Part shown: positions 7,474-17,047 of the stretch, in pieces | Layout: the number at the start of each line of letters is the position of its first letter | Position numbering within the stretch: the first letter of the stretch is position 1 | Source of the DNA: Candidatus Scalindua sp. | Lineage (GTDB): Bacteria > Planctomycetota > Brocadiia > Brocadiales > Scalinduaceae | Reading direction: 5' to 3' | Assembly: GCA_031316235.1 (NCBI GenBank) | Contig: JALDRA010000001.1 | Span: forward strand, 3,360,001 to 3,392,000 | Length of the DNA stretch: 32,000 nt | Translations under genes and position numbers: made by a program | The notes under the pieces: model-generated | The model's input: only the letters and a program-made list of their open reading frames with translations | The model's database searches: none | Told to the model about the DNA's origin: nothing

Positions 7474-8577
7474 TCAACGTTCCCCGCCCCGTGTGATAAA
7501 GGGTGCATGTACAATCTCCGCAGCGTACTCTTTCCCTCTTATCTTTACGGTAACCTGACTTTTTTGTTCTGCAAAATCTTTGAGAACATAACCAAGGCCA
7601 ATGCCTATATTCAAGGTAGGACTGAAAGTGCCGCTGGTAACTTTACCGATAACGTTGTAATGATGAAGTATCTCATTATCTGTCCTTGGTATACCTTTAT
7701 CATGCATCTTAAATGCTACAAGTTTCTTCTTTATGCCACCTTCCCGCTGCCTCAGCAGTGAATCTTTTCCGATGAAATCTCTCTTGTTGAATTTGACAGT
7801 CCAACCAATATTTGCCTCAAATGGGGAGGTTGTGTCGTCAATATCATTGCCATAAAGCGGCAGGCCTGCCTCCAGTCGTAATGTGTCTCTTGCTCCGAGG
7901 CCTGCAGGCTTTAACCCCATCGGATTGCCTTTTTCAAGTAACCGATTCCAGACCTGCTCACAATGCTGACGATTAACGAAGATTTCAAAACCGTCCTCAC
8001 CGGTATAGCCTGTTCTCGATATTGTTAGCTCTATTTTTTTGTCAGTTATTTCAGCGAATTGGAAACGTGAAAGGGTCGTGCAGATTTCTCCATATGTCTC
8101 ACGGAGAATCCTCTCAGAATTTGGTCCCTGTACAGCAAGCAGGGCAACCTGGTCGCTGAGATTCTCGATACTGGTATCCTTTGTTTTCCACTTGCATATC
8201 CAATCGTTGTCTTTTTTTGTATTAACACAGTTTGCGACAACCATATATTTTTCAGGATTGAATTTCAACACGATAACATCATCGATGATACCTCCCTCTT
8301 TATTGCAAACAGGCGTGTAGAGGGCGTGGTTATTTTGGATGTCCCTTACATTATTGGTGATAATCTGCTGGATTAATTCCGTAGCCCCTTTCCCCGCAAC
8401 CACTATTTCACCCATATGTGAAATATCAAAAAGTCCGGCACTGTTTCTTGTGTTTCGGTGTTCTCCGATAATACTCTCATACTGAACCGGCATGAAAAAA
8501 TTGCAGAAGCTTGTCATGTGGGCGCCAAGTTCTACATGTACATCATATAAGGGTGTTTTTTTTGTATATTCAATCAA
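7474..8577 (-). CDS. gcvT: Glycine cleavage system aminomethyltransferase (T protein)
   Basis: 367 aa. KTPLYDVHVELGAHMTSFCNFFMPVQY...LFDISHMGEI and the C-terminal barrel are typical of GcvT. The start is TTG, with GAGGAG 5 nt upstream. Confidence 0.92.
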   Translation of the reverse strand: MIEYTKKTPLYDVHVELGAHMTSFCNFFMPVQYESIIGEHRNTRNSAGLFDISHMGEIVVAGKGATELIQQIITNNVRDIQNNHALYTPVCNKEGGIIDDVIVLKFNPEKYMVVANCVNTKKDNDWICKWKTKDTSIENLSDQVALLAVQGPNSERILRETYGEICTTLSRFQFAEITDKKIELTISRTGYTGEDGFEIFVNRQHCEQVWNRLLEKGNPMGLKPAGLGARDTLRLEAGLPLYGNDIDDTTSPFEANIGWTVKFNKRDFIGKDSLLRQREGGIKKKLVAFKMHDKGIPRTDNEILHHYNVIGKVTSGTFSPTLNIGIGLGYVLKDFAEQKSQVTVKIRGKEYAAEIVHAPFITRGGER

Positions 8578-8582
8578 ATGAG

Positions 8583-8588
8583 CTCCTC
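8583..8588 (-). promoter_or_regulatory. Shine-Dalgarno (GAGGAG) for gcvT
   Basis: Plus-strand ctcctc lies 5 nt from the TTG start at 8577, which supports the non-ATG start. Confidence 0.6.
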
Positions 8589-8617
8589 ATAGGGTGGAAT
8601 TGGTATTCATCCTGTGG

Positions 8618-8920
8618 TTACAATAGTTCTGGTTTCGTGTAGCCTTTTCTCTCAAGAAAATGAACTATTCTTTTGTTTACTCTTTGTGTTTTTGAGTAGT
8701 CGGGAAGCCAGAATTTAGAGGTATCGATGCCACTCACTGTTCTTTTATCTGTATTGATAATGAAGTTTACTTCTTCTGGTTTCTCCCCCTGGCTTTTGAC
8801 TAATATCACTCCATCATTCGGGTCAAAATCGATATTAACCCTCAAGTTCTCTTCGTGGAAGATCTTTCCGATGTTTCTTACGAGATTGATTAAGTCTTCT
8901 AATGTGTTGTCTTTTTGCAT
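8618..8920 (-). CDS. Hypothetical protein (about 100 aa), no recognisable domain
   Basis: Clean ORF 40 nt upstream of gcvT on the same strand. ATG at 8920 (TTG at 8923 is also in frame). Confidence 0.45.
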   Translation of the reverse strand: MQKDNTLEDLINLVRNIGKIFHEENLRVNIDFDPNDGVILVKSQGEKPEEVNFIINTDKRTVSGIDTSKFWLPDYSKTQRVNKRIVHFLERKGYTKPELL

Positions 8921-9019
8921 CAAAAATTTGCAAGTTGTTTTTTTATAATAGGGTTAATGTGCTTAAATCCCGATGATTAAACATTGCTGATTACGAATAG
9001 CACTTGCCAGGGGAAGGTG

Positions 9020-9850
9020 TCATGATACCTCTCCTGCCTGCAGGGCAACCCGAATCCTTTTCGCCTTTTCAATAAGGGGCAGTAATAAATCTAAGGGTAA
9101 CATTGAGGCTGAATCAGAAAGGGCATTTTCCGGGTTTTCATGTGTTTCTAAAAATATACCGTCACAGCCAGCAGCGATTGCGGCCATAGTTAAGGGTAAA
9201 ATCATCTCTTTATGGCCGCCTGACACTGAACCCTGACCTCCCGGTAGCTGTATACTGTGAGTTGCATCGTAAATAACCGGAAATCCCATTTCCTTCATGA
9301 TAATGATTGAACGCATATCAGTTACGAGATTATTATAACCAAAAGTTGTTCCCCTTTCAGTAAATAATATTTTGTCATTACCGGTTGAAAGGATCTTTTC
9401 TGCAATATTTTTAACATCCCATGGGGCCAAAAACTGTCCTTTCTTAATGTTTATGGGTTTTTCTGTCTCCGCAGCACGAAGGAGCAGGTCGGTTTGTCGA
9501 CAGAGAAATGCAGGTATCTGGAGAATATCCAGGGCCTCTTTTGCAATGGCAACCTCATCACAGCAATGGATGTCGGAGATTACGGGTAAACCGAAACGTT
9601 TCTTAATCTTAGAAAGAATTTTTATCCCCTTTTCGATGCCGGGGCCTCGGAACGATTTGATCGATGTGCGGTTTGCCTTGTTATATGAAGCCTTGAATAT
9701 CACTGGAATTTTTGCCTTATCGGCTATCTTCATTATTTTTTCTGCTATCCGGCAACAGCTCTCTTCTGTCTCAATGACACAAGGCCCGGCAATTAACACA
9801 AGAGGATTTTCTTCTCCAATAATGAAATTGTTGATCTTGATTTCCTTCAT
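9020..9850 (-). CDS. kdsA: 3-deoxy-8-phosphooctulonate (KDO8P) synthase
   Basis: 276 aa. LIAGPCVIE...FKASYNKANRTS...FRGPG...ISDIH...QIPAFLCRQTDLL are KdsA signature segments. Confidence 0.92.
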   Translation of the reverse strand: MKEIKINNFIIGEENPLVLIAGPCVIETEESCCRIAEKIMKIADKAKIPVIFKASYNKANRTSIKSFRGPGIEKGIKILSKIKKRFGLPVISDIHCCDEVAIAKEALDILQIPAFLCRQTDLLLRAAETEKPINIKKGQFLAPWDVKNIAEKILSTGNDKILFTERGTTFGYNNLVTDMRSIIIMKEMGFPVIYDATHSIQLPGGQGSVSGGHKEMILPLTMAAIAAGCDGIFLETHENPENALSDSASMLPLDLLLPLIEKAKRIRVALQAGEVS

Positions 9851-10261
9851 GAGAGGGCAATGGCTCTTTTAAAACGAAAGGTCAATACATTCACAGCAAA
9901 GTTTTTTTAGCCTGGGTTTTGATAGAAAAACGACAAAAAGTTCTTAAGAGCTGAAGTATTTCTATATCAAAGACATAGGTATAAGTCAATCCTTTAATTT
10001 CCTGGCAAATTTTCATTTGCTTTTTTACGGTTATTTGATGTATAATCCCGACACTACATAGTTTACACCAGCAGATAGAGATTTTTGAAATTATTTCTCC
10101 GCAAAACTTTATCTTCTTTATGATATGAATTAAACCAATTTCAGCTTTTATGAGCATGTGTTTTGCTTTGTAAAAGCTTTTGGTCTTATCGGTGAGAGTA
10201 TTGGCTTTTTATGAAAAGGCATCTTTTTTTGTAACATAATTATATTAAAGGGGTTAAGTGG

Positions 10262-11593
10262 ATGGTGCAGAGCGAAATAAACTTTGACACAGTTTTACAT
10301 ACCGAGACATTGGATAGAGAGGATATCAGTAACTTTAAGAAAAAAGTATACAGTTCTGTAGATGAGTTCGTTAGTCTGGAAAAGAGGATAAAGAAATTAG
10401 AAGAAACCATAAATGAGGCAGGGGATCCTTCGGGTGTGAAGGGAGAAATTCTGGTCTTGGGAATATGCTACTGGATATTGGGCAAGCAGAATCAGGCCAT
10501 AAAGTATCTTTCTGAGTCGAAATCACGTAAAATTGCATCCTATTACCTGGGAAAGTGTCATCAAGAGCTTGGAAACTATGAAAAGGCACTTGAGCTTTTT
10601 GAGAGGTCAAAGCGGTCAGATAGTGAAGAGTTTGCCATCCAGATCGACATAGCGGAGACAAAACGGCTGTCAGGTGATCTGCAGAATGCGTTAAAAATGA
10701 TCCAGGCATTATCTAAAAAATATGACAACGATGCAAACCTGCATTACCAGTGGGGGCATTGTCTTGACGATGAGGGTGAATACCAAGATGCTTTAGCTCA
10801 CTACAATCGTGCCCTGGATATTATGTCTGATCATCCGAATACTTTATTTCGACTTGCGTATAATTTTGATCTTAATGGTGAGGACGATAAAGCGATCGAA
10901 TATTATGAAAAATGTGTAGGGCAGGTTCCCACCTATTCAAATGCGATATTGAATCTTGGTATCCTGTATGAAGACCGGGAAGAGTATGCAAAGGCGATTT
11001 CCTGTTTTGAAAAGGTTGTAAAAATGAATCCCGTCCACCAGAAAGCGAGGCTGTTTCTTAGAGATGCCCAGTTTGGTCTGGATATGTGCATAGATGAAGA
11101 CAGGGCGAAAAAGGAAGACAAGGAGACCGAGGTTCTGAGCATACCAATATCTGATTTTGAGCTTTCTGTCAGGAGTAAGAATTGTTTGGAGAGGATGAAT
11201 ATTAATACGTTGGCAGACTTGACAAAGATAACCGAGGCAGACCTGCTATCGTATAAGAATTTCGGTGAAACTTCTTTGAATGAGATTAAACATGTTCTCA
11301 ATCAAAAAGGGTTGCGACTTGGGCAGACTCTTGAAGAGAACAAAACAACTGAGGAGCTTGCCGGAATCGATGTGGGGAGAGATAATGGCGGTATGTCCAA
11401 TCTTGTGTCAGAGCTGCCGCTTTCGACACGCTGCAAGAGTGCCCTGAAAAAGATAAATATTGAGAAAATAGGCGAGGTGGTGGAGAAGAAGGAATCGGAA
11501 CTGTTGGGTCTTGGTCTTAAGCAGGCCTATATTGATGAATTGAAGGCCAGTCTCGGGGAGCAGGGTTTTGGGCTCAGTAGTGAAGAAGAGTGA
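10262..11593 (+). CDS. TPR-repeat protein with two C-terminal RNA polymerase alpha-subunit CTD-like (HhH) modules
   Basis: The central part has TPR-like repeats (YYLGKCHQELGNYEKALELFERS..., AILNLGILYEDREEYAKAISCFEKVVKMNP). The C-terminal ISDFELSVRSKNCLERMNINTLADLTKITEADLLSYKNFGETSLNEIKHVL closely follows the RpoA alphaCTD pattern. A second, weaker module is LPLSTRCKSALKKINIEKIGEVV... Confidence 0.8.
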   Translation: MVQSEINFDTVLHTETLDREDISNFKKKVYSSVDEFVSLEKRIKKLEETINEAGDPSGVKGEILVLGICYWILGKQNQAIKYLSESKSRKIASYYLGKCHQELGNYEKALELFERSKRSDSEEFAIQIDIAETKRLSGDLQNALKMIQALSKKYDNDANLHYQWGHCLDDEGEYQDALAHYNRALDIMSDHPNTLFRLAYNFDLNGEDDKAIEYYEKCVGQVPTYSNAILNLGILYEDREEYAKAISCFEKVVKMNPVHQKARLFLRDAQFGLDMCIDEDRAKKEDKETEVLSIPISDFELSVRSKNCLERMNINTLADLTKITEADLLSYKNFGETSLNEIKHVLNQKGLRLGQTLEENKTTEELAGIDVGRDNGGMSNLVSELPLSTRCKSALKKINIEKIGEVVEKKESELLGLGLKQAYIDELKASLGEQGFGLSSEEE

Positions 11594-11611
11594 TGTGGGA
11601 ATTGTGAATGA

Positions 11612-11637
11612 CTGTTTATGGTAAAACAGCTTATTTC
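11612..11637 (+). terminator. Weak terminator-like hairpin after the TPR/alphaCTD gene
   Basis: ctgttt-atggta-aaacag followed by cttatttcg. The stem is short and the T-tract is poor. Confidence 0.25.
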
Positions 11638-11701
11638 GTAAATCCCGTTTTGTATGTTTTTTGTGCCTGATTGGATAACCATCCCCATCCAATTGTTGAA
11701 A

Positions 11702-11840
11702 TATACTCATCTCATACCGGATTTCTGATAAAATCCGAGATAAATTTGAGCGAGTAAAGTCCCCGGCGCTTTTTGTCCGGGGATACCTTCACCAGGATTT
11801 GGTTTCCGGTAAAATCGAAAATCAAATCGGTTTTAGTATA
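11702..11840 (+). repeat. TATACT element, long form (copy 4)
   Basis: Near-identical to 7268-7406 along its whole length. The hairpin module reads gtccccggcgctttttgtccgggga. Confidence 0.92.
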
Positions 11841-11945
11841 TCAACGGTGTGTATTTTTTGATGAATATTTTAATGCGTAGAGCGCCGTAGAACCGGGAAA
11901 CCATGTTTTTAACAGTATAAGGGTGTATGCTCCTGCAATAATTTA

Positions 11946-12533
11946 ATGTTCGATTATATCCTTGGTCTCATTGTAGAAAAAACTCCGTCTGCATTAATAA
12001 TAGAGGCTAATGGTATTGGGTATAAAATCCATATACCTCTATCGACTTATGAGAGAATTACAGAACAAGAAGATGCAAAAATATTCACAAAGCTTTTTAT
12101 TAAAGATGATGAAATAAAAATTTATGGTTTTTTCTCTCATGAAGAGAGATCGCTGTTTGATTTGTTGCTTTCGGTCAATAGCGTTGGACCAAATATGGCG
12201 CTTACGATTTTGTCCGGCAGTACTGTTGGGCAATTCAAGGATATGGTTCTTGGGAACGATTTGAGGGCACTGCAGAAAATTAAGGGCATAGGCAGAAAAA
12301 CGGCGGAAAGAATAATTCTTGAGCTGAAAGAGACTATTCAATCTATAGTACCTGAAGCAGTCTCATTGGTTGGGATGCAGAAGGCGAGTGTGGTTTCTGA
12401 TGCTATCATGGCCCTGATTGCCCTTGGTTACTCAAGACCTGTCGCTGAAAAGGCCGTAAAATCAGCTTCTGAAGATTTTACTATCACAGATGGGGTTGAA
12501 TTGCTCATTAAAGAGTCATTAAAAAAGGTTTGA
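11946..12533 (+). CDS. ruvA: Holliday junction branch migration complex subunit RuvA
   Basis: 195 aa. MFDYILGLIVEKTPSALIIEANGIGYKIHIP..., the HhH region LQKIKGIGRKTAERIILELK, and a C-terminal domain III. Confidence 0.92.
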   Translation: MFDYILGLIVEKTPSALIIEANGIGYKIHIPLSTYERITEQEDAKIFTKLFIKDDEIKIYGFFSHEERSLFDLLLSVNSVGPNMALTILSGSTVGQFKDMVLGNDLRALQKIKGIGRKTAERIILELKETIQSIVPEAVSLVGMQKASVVSDAIMALIALGYSRPVAEKAVKSASEDFTITDGVELLIKESLKKV

Positions 12534-12623
12534 GTCTTTGTTATGCTCATGCGTAATATAATTTACAGATACTCTTGCGGTTTGTGTCTCTGTAAGATGG
12601 AAAGTTAAAGGGGTGCTTGGAGA

Positions 12624-13643
12624 GTGGCAGATGAAAATGTTCTTTCTTGTGGTATGATTCCTGAAGATAGCAGTTTTGATGTCGCTTTGCGTCCAAAGAG
12701 ATTTTGTGACTTTATTGGTCAGGAGTCAGTCAGGAAGAACCTGCGCATATATCTTGAGGCATCAAAGAAGAGAGGAGATGTATTAGACCATATTTTGTTT
12801 TCTGGTCCTCAGGGGTTGGGGAAGACGACACTATCTCAAATCGTTGCCAATGAGATGGGTGTGGAGATCAGGGCTACCTCTGGACCTGTTCTTTTTAAGC
12901 CTGGGGACCTGGCGGGTATTCTCACAAATTTAAAATATGGTGATATGCTTTTTATTGACGAAATTCACAGGTTGAATACCACAATAGAGGAATATCTTTA
13001 TTCCGCGATGGAGGATTACTCTATCGATATATTGATAGATCAGGGACCGAATGCCCGGTCAGTGAAGATACAGCTCCCGCGTTTTACGCTTATTGGTTCA
13101 ACGACACGCGAAGGATTGTTGACGCCATCATTTAGGGCCAGGTTTGGCGTATTGGAGAGGCTGGAATTTTATCCGTGGGCTGAATTGCAGGAAATTGCAG
13201 TAAAGTCTGCACAGAAACTCGGCATGGAAATAGATGAAAAAAGTGCTGAATTGGTGGCAAAAAGTTCCAGGGGTACGCCTCGGATTGTGAACAGGTTCAT
13301 AAGGCGGATCAGGGATGTTGCTCAGGTAGAAGGCCTCAATAAAATCACAGAAGATATCGTAGGAAAAGGTCTGGAAATGCTGGGGGTAGATAAAAACGGT
13401 CTCTGTGGAATGGATCGGAAGATTTTGCGCACAACTATACTTCATAATGGAGGGCCGATTGGCTTGAAGACTCTTGCGGTTTCCGTTAACGAGCAGGAAG
13501 ATACAATTGAAGAGGTGTATGAGCCTTTTTTGATACAGAGAGGGTATATCAGTAAAACACCTCGGGGCAGGATAGCCACACAGTTGACCTATGACTATTT
13601 TGAGAATAGCTGCCTTCTGGAAAAACAGGACTCTTTTTTGTGA
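12624..13643 (+). CDS. ruvB: Holliday junction branch migration DNA helicase RuvB
   Basis: 339 aa. LRPKRFCDFIGQE..., Walker A GPQGLGKTTL, Walker B LFIDEIHRL, and sensor SRGTPRIVNRFIRRIRD. The start is GTG. Confidence 0.95.
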   Translation: MADENVLSCGMIPEDSSFDVALRPKRFCDFIGQESVRKNLRIYLEASKKRGDVLDHILFSGPQGLGKTTLSQIVANEMGVEIRATSGPVLFKPGDLAGILTNLKYGDMLFIDEIHRLNTTIEEYLYSAMEDYSIDILIDQGPNARSVKIQLPRFTLIGSTTREGLLTPSFRARFGVLERLEFYPWAELQEIAVKSAQKLGMEIDEKSAELVAKSSRGTPRIVNRFIRRIRDVAQVEGLNKITEDIVGKGLEMLGVDKNGLCGMDRKILRTTILHNGGPIGLKTLAVSVNEQEDTIEEVYEPFLIQRGYISKTPRGRIATQLTYDYFENSCLLEKQDSFL

Positions 13644-13647
13644 TTAC

Positions 13648-14220
13648 ATGAAAAATCTTTTACTGCACATTTGCTGTGCTGGTTGTTTGTGTGCACCGCT
13701 TGAGGAACTGAGGCGGGAAGGGCTTCACGTTCACGGTTATTTCTATAATCCGAATATTCATCCACTCCTTGAATTCAGGAGAAGGCTGAAAGCTGTTCAC
13801 ATCTTTCAGGAAAGTGATCCGATAAAAATTGATTATTGTGAAGAGTATGGGTTGAGAGAGTATCTGGATGAAGTGAATTACAAAGGAGATAACAGGTGTG
13901 GCGATTGTTATGCATTAAGGCTGAGAACTACTGCAAACTATGCAAAAGAGAATGGTTTTGATGCGTTCTGCTCTACATTGCTTTTTAGTGAACATCAGGA
14001 TCATGAAAACGTAAAAAAATGTGGTTACCAGGTCTCAGAGCAGGTTGGAATTCCATTTGAATATAGAGACTATCGATATCTGTGTGATTGCAGCCGAAAG
14101 ATAGCAAGTAAAAAAATGCTGTACAAACAATCTTATTGTGGGTGTATATTTAGCGAATTTGAAAGATATAAGGATACAACACGATATATGTATGAGGGTT
14201 GGAAAATAAAAAAACAATGA
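13648..14220 (+). CDS. queH: Epoxyqueuosine reductase QueH (DUF208)
   Basis: LLLHICCAGC..., FYNPNIHPLLEF, CGDCYALRL and YKQSYCGCIFSE match the QueH cysteine pattern. ATG at 13648, just after the ruvB stop. Confidence 0.85.
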   Translation: MKNLLLHICCAGCLCAPLEELRREGLHVHGYFYNPNIHPLLEFRRRLKAVHIFQESDPIKIDYCEEYGLREYLDEVNYKGDNRCGDCYALRLRTTANYAKENGFDAFCSTLLFSEHQDHENVKKCGYQVSEQVGIPFEYRDYRYLCDCSRKIASKKMLYKQSYCGCIFSEFERYKDTTRYMYEGWKIKKQ

Positions 14221-14247
14221 AGACAATTTATTTGTTTGTATGAAAAA

Positions 14248-15498
14248 ATGGTATACAAATTGTCTAAATATAATTTGAAAGTTAAACATGTTTTAATCGC
14301 AACAGGTTTTGTTTTTTTGTCTGCAGTGTTGCTGGTTTCATGTCTGAGAATAAGCAGCAAGCCCGAAATTGTATATAAATATGATACCTATTTAAAAGAT
14401 GCACCTGAAATTCGAGTTTTGTTGCTTGATGATGTACAAACAGCTGAAATTGCAATTCATCAACCATATAGCATCTCAAATTTAGATCGTAGTGTTGGTT
14501 TAACTCAAGGGATTGATTTGCCTGAGTCCACAATACGCCTTAAATCGGGTAATTTCTTTATCGAACCCATAAATTCTCCAGGTATATCGAAGGGTAAGGA
14601 TATTGTCATCGAGGCTGATGGCAAGATAGAGATAGCTCTTCTCAGTGAAGACGGGTATATTTCGTTAAATAAGTCGAAATACCGGGGTAAGCTTCTGCTG
14701 ATACCTGGAAGTGCTGACCGGTTCTCAGTTTTGGAGGAAATAGGTATAGAAATGTACCTTCCGGGTGTTATAGGGAGCGAAATACCTGAAACGTGGCAGG
14801 AAGATGCAATTTATGCCCAGGTTGTTGCAGCAAGATCTTATGCAGTATACCAAAAAAAAACCAAGAGTGATTCCAGCTTTCATATAGGTAAACTCGGGCT
14901 TGCATATCATGGTTCCTATACAGATAAACTGAAGATAAATTCGATAGTAGAGAAGACAAGAGGGATTGTGATGGTATACGATTGGGGAGTGTTGCCTGGT
15001 TATTTTCACAGTACCTGTGGTGGGCATACGGAAGACATAAATTTAGTTTTTGGTTTAAAAAGTATACCACCATTGAGCGGCGTAAACTGTGGTTACTGCG
15101 GTAAATCCAAATACTATCGATGGGAAAAAAGAGTGAAAAAAGATGAAATTGAAAGGTCATTGCAAAACTATAAATTTGATATTAAGCATATATATGATAT
15201 AGTTGCAGAAAAAAAAGGGGCAGGTGGGCACGGTTCGACGGTTAGGGTGAAACATTCAGGCGGTACGAACAGCTTTGACGCGAATGTGTTTCGCCTGATG
15301 ATTGGCCCGAAAACACTACTCAGCACTGCCTTTGCCTCCAAAGAGGAGGGGGATCTGTTTGTTTTTTGCGGGAAGGGCTGGGGGCACGGTGTCGGATTAT
15401 GCCAGTATGGGATGGAGGAGATGGCCGAATCAGGATTTCAGTGGTTTGATATCTTGAAACACTATTATCCGGGTATTGATCTTGTGAAGATTTACTGA
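14248..15498 (+). CDS. SpoIID/LytB domain protein (peptidoglycan lytic-transglycosylase / amidase-enhancer family)
   Basis: AQVVAARSYAVYQ, FHSTCGGHTED and GKGWGHGVGLCQYGMEEMA motifs. The N-terminal LLVSC looks like a lipobox. Confidence 0.85.
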   Translation: MVYKLSKYNLKVKHVLIATGFVFLSAVLLVSCLRISSKPEIVYKYDTYLKDAPEIRVLLLDDVQTAEIAIHQPYSISNLDRSVGLTQGIDLPESTIRLKSGNFFIEPINSPGISKGKDIVIEADGKIEIALLSEDGYISLNKSKYRGKLLLIPGSADRFSVLEEIGIEMYLPGVIGSEIPETWQEDAIYAQVVAARSYAVYQKKTKSDSSFHIGKLGLAYHGSYTDKLKINSIVEKTRGIVMVYDWGVLPGYFHSTCGGHTEDINLVFGLKSIPPLSGVNCGYCGKSKYYRWEKRVKKDEIERSLQNYKFDIKHIYDIVAEKKGAGGHGSTVRVKHSGGTNSFDANVFRLMIGPKTLLSTAFASKEEGDLFVFCGKGWGHGVGLCQYGMEEMAESGFQWFDILKHYYPGIDLVKIY

Positions 15499-15500
15499 AG

Positions 15501-16628
15501 TTGAGCTTTTCAAGGGAGGTTTTTTTGCAGTTCAGGCTACTTGCCTCTGATAAAAATACGAATGCCAGATGCGGTGAATTAATTACAAATCATGGTTTCA
15601 TCAAAACTCCAGTGTTTATGCCCGTTGGGACACAGGCAACGGTGAAGAGCCTGACAACCGACCAGTTAAAGGATGCGGGAGTTTCAGCATTGCTCTGCAA
15701 TGCCTACCATTTACATTTGAGGCCTGGAGAAGATATCGTTCGTGACCATGGAGGCCTGCATGGGTTTATGAATTGGGATGGAACGATAGTAACCGACAGC
15801 GGTGGCTATCAGGTTTTTTCCCTTGCAGGTCTGACTTGTGTCACTGATGATGGGGTGGAATTTAAGTCACCGGTTAACGGTTCAAAGATATTTTTCAGTC
15901 CTGAAAGAGTAATGGAAATTCAGCGATCTTTGGGAGCTGATATCATGATGGTTTTTGATGAATGCCTGCCTTATCCGTGTGAAAAGGAGAGGGCGCATAT
16001 ATCAATGCGGAGAACTGTAGAGTGGGCAAGGCGCTGTTATGATGTGCATCGAGATGAAGGGCAGTCTCTTTTTTGCATTGTCCAGGGGAGCGTTTTTCAG
16101 GATATTCGCCAGGAATGTGCTGCACGTCTGGTAGAAATAGGTTTTGATGGATACGCTGTGGGTGGTTTGAGTGTAGGGGAAGGAAATGAATTGATGAATG
16201 AGGTATTAGAGCATACGCTTCCTCATCTTCCAAAAGAAAAACCTCGTTACCTTATGGGTGTCGGATTTCCTGAAGATATCATGGATGGAATTGAGCATGG
16301 AATTGACATGTTTGACTGTGTCATTCCAACGCGCAATGGAAGAAATGGCTGTGTCTTTACCTCTCAAGGCAAGATAAATATCCTGAATAGTTGTTTTAAA
16401 GTGGATAAAGGCCCGCTTGACAATGCCTGTGGTTGCTATGCATGCAGGAATTTTTCGAGAGCTTATGTAAAACATTTGTTTGCAGCAAATGAGATTTTGG
16501 GCTTAAATCTTGTATCGTTCCATAATATATATTTTTTTCAAGAGATGATGAAAAAAGCCAGACAAGCGATAACTGATGGCATGTTTAAGGAATTTAAGTC
16601 CTCTTTTCTCTCAGCATTAGAAAAGTAA
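15501..16628 (+). CDS. tgt: tRNA-guanine(34) transglycosylase (queuine tRNA-ribosyltransferase)
   Basis: 375 aa. TPVFMPVGTQATVK, DSGGYQVFSL, VQGS..., GYAVGGLSVGE, and the zinc site CxCxxC...H (CGCYACRNFSRAYVKHL). The start is TTG. Confidence 0.93.
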   Translation: MSFSREVFLQFRLLASDKNTNARCGELITNHGFIKTPVFMPVGTQATVKSLTTDQLKDAGVSALLCNAYHLHLRPGEDIVRDHGGLHGFMNWDGTIVTDSGGYQVFSLAGLTCVTDDGVEFKSPVNGSKIFFSPERVMEIQRSLGADIMMVFDECLPYPCEKERAHISMRRTVEWARRCYDVHRDEGQSLFCIVQGSVFQDIRQECAARLVEIGFDGYAVGGLSVGEGNELMNEVLEHTLPHLPKEKPRYLMGVGFPEDIMDGIEHGIDMFDCVIPTRNGRNGCVFTSQGKINILNSCFKVDKGPLDNACGCYACRNFSRAYVKHLFAANEILGLNLVSFHNIYFFQEMMKKARQAITDGMFKEFKSSFLSALEK

Positions 16629-16669
16629 AGTAACTTTTATACAAATTTTTGAGTTGAACTCACACTATT

Positions 16670-16675
16670 AAGGAG
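16670..16675 (+). promoter_or_regulatory. Shine-Dalgarno (AAGGAG) for yajC
   Basis: aaggag lies 7 nt upstream of the ATG at 16683. Confidence 0.6.
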
Positions 16676-16682
16676 ATTTCTG

Positions 16683-17018
16683 ATGAATTTCTTATTTTTG
16701 ATGCAGGCAAAAGCTCCAGGGGGTAATTTCATGACCCTACTGGTTCCCTTTGCACTCATGTTTGCTATAATGTATTTTTTAATTCTCAGGCCTCAAAGAA
16801 AAAAAGAGAGAGACCGGTTGAATATGATAGCAAACATAAGGAAAAATGACCGTATTCTCACAAGCGGTGGGGTCCATGGTGTTGTTGTATCTGTGAAAGA
16901 GAAAGAGCTTGTGGTGCGAGTGGACGATGCCAAAGATGTAAAGTTGAAGATTGATAAAAGTGCGGTAACTTGCGTGACTCTACCGAGGGGTGATCAGGAC
17001 GAAATAGAACAGAATTAG
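16683..17018 (+). CDS. yajC: Preprotein translocase subunit YajC
   Basis: A single TM followed by FLILRPQRKKERDRLNMIANIRKNDRILTSGGVHGVVVSV, typical of YajC. It sits in the conserved tgt-yajC-secDF context. Confidence 0.88.
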   Translation: MNFLFLMQAKAPGGNFMTLLVPFALMFAIMYFLILRPQRKKERDRLNMIANIRKNDRILTSGGVHGVVVSVKEKELVVRVDDAKDVKLKIDKSAVTCVTLPRGDQDEIEQN

Positions 17019-17047
17019 TAAATTTGAGATTTCAGGAGATATTTTAT

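Noticed and set aside
9372-9872. A 166-aa ORF antisense to kdsA. Similar long antisense ORFs are 23295..23723 and 23695..24129 (opposite rlmN and the 542-aa gene), 27477..27833 (opposite the SDR), 10933..11301, 19306..19689 and 7408..7761.
   Set aside because: Each lies fully inside a confidently identified gene on the other strand. Their composition is low-complexity or skewed and no motifs were recognised. They are typical shadow ORFs.
9891-10157. An 88-aa ORF in the AT-rich kdsA / TPR-gene divergent intergenic region
   Set aside because: The peptide is Ile/Lys/Cys-rich and low-complexity, as expected from AT-rich non-coding DNA. There is no RBS. The region more likely holds the two divergent promoters.
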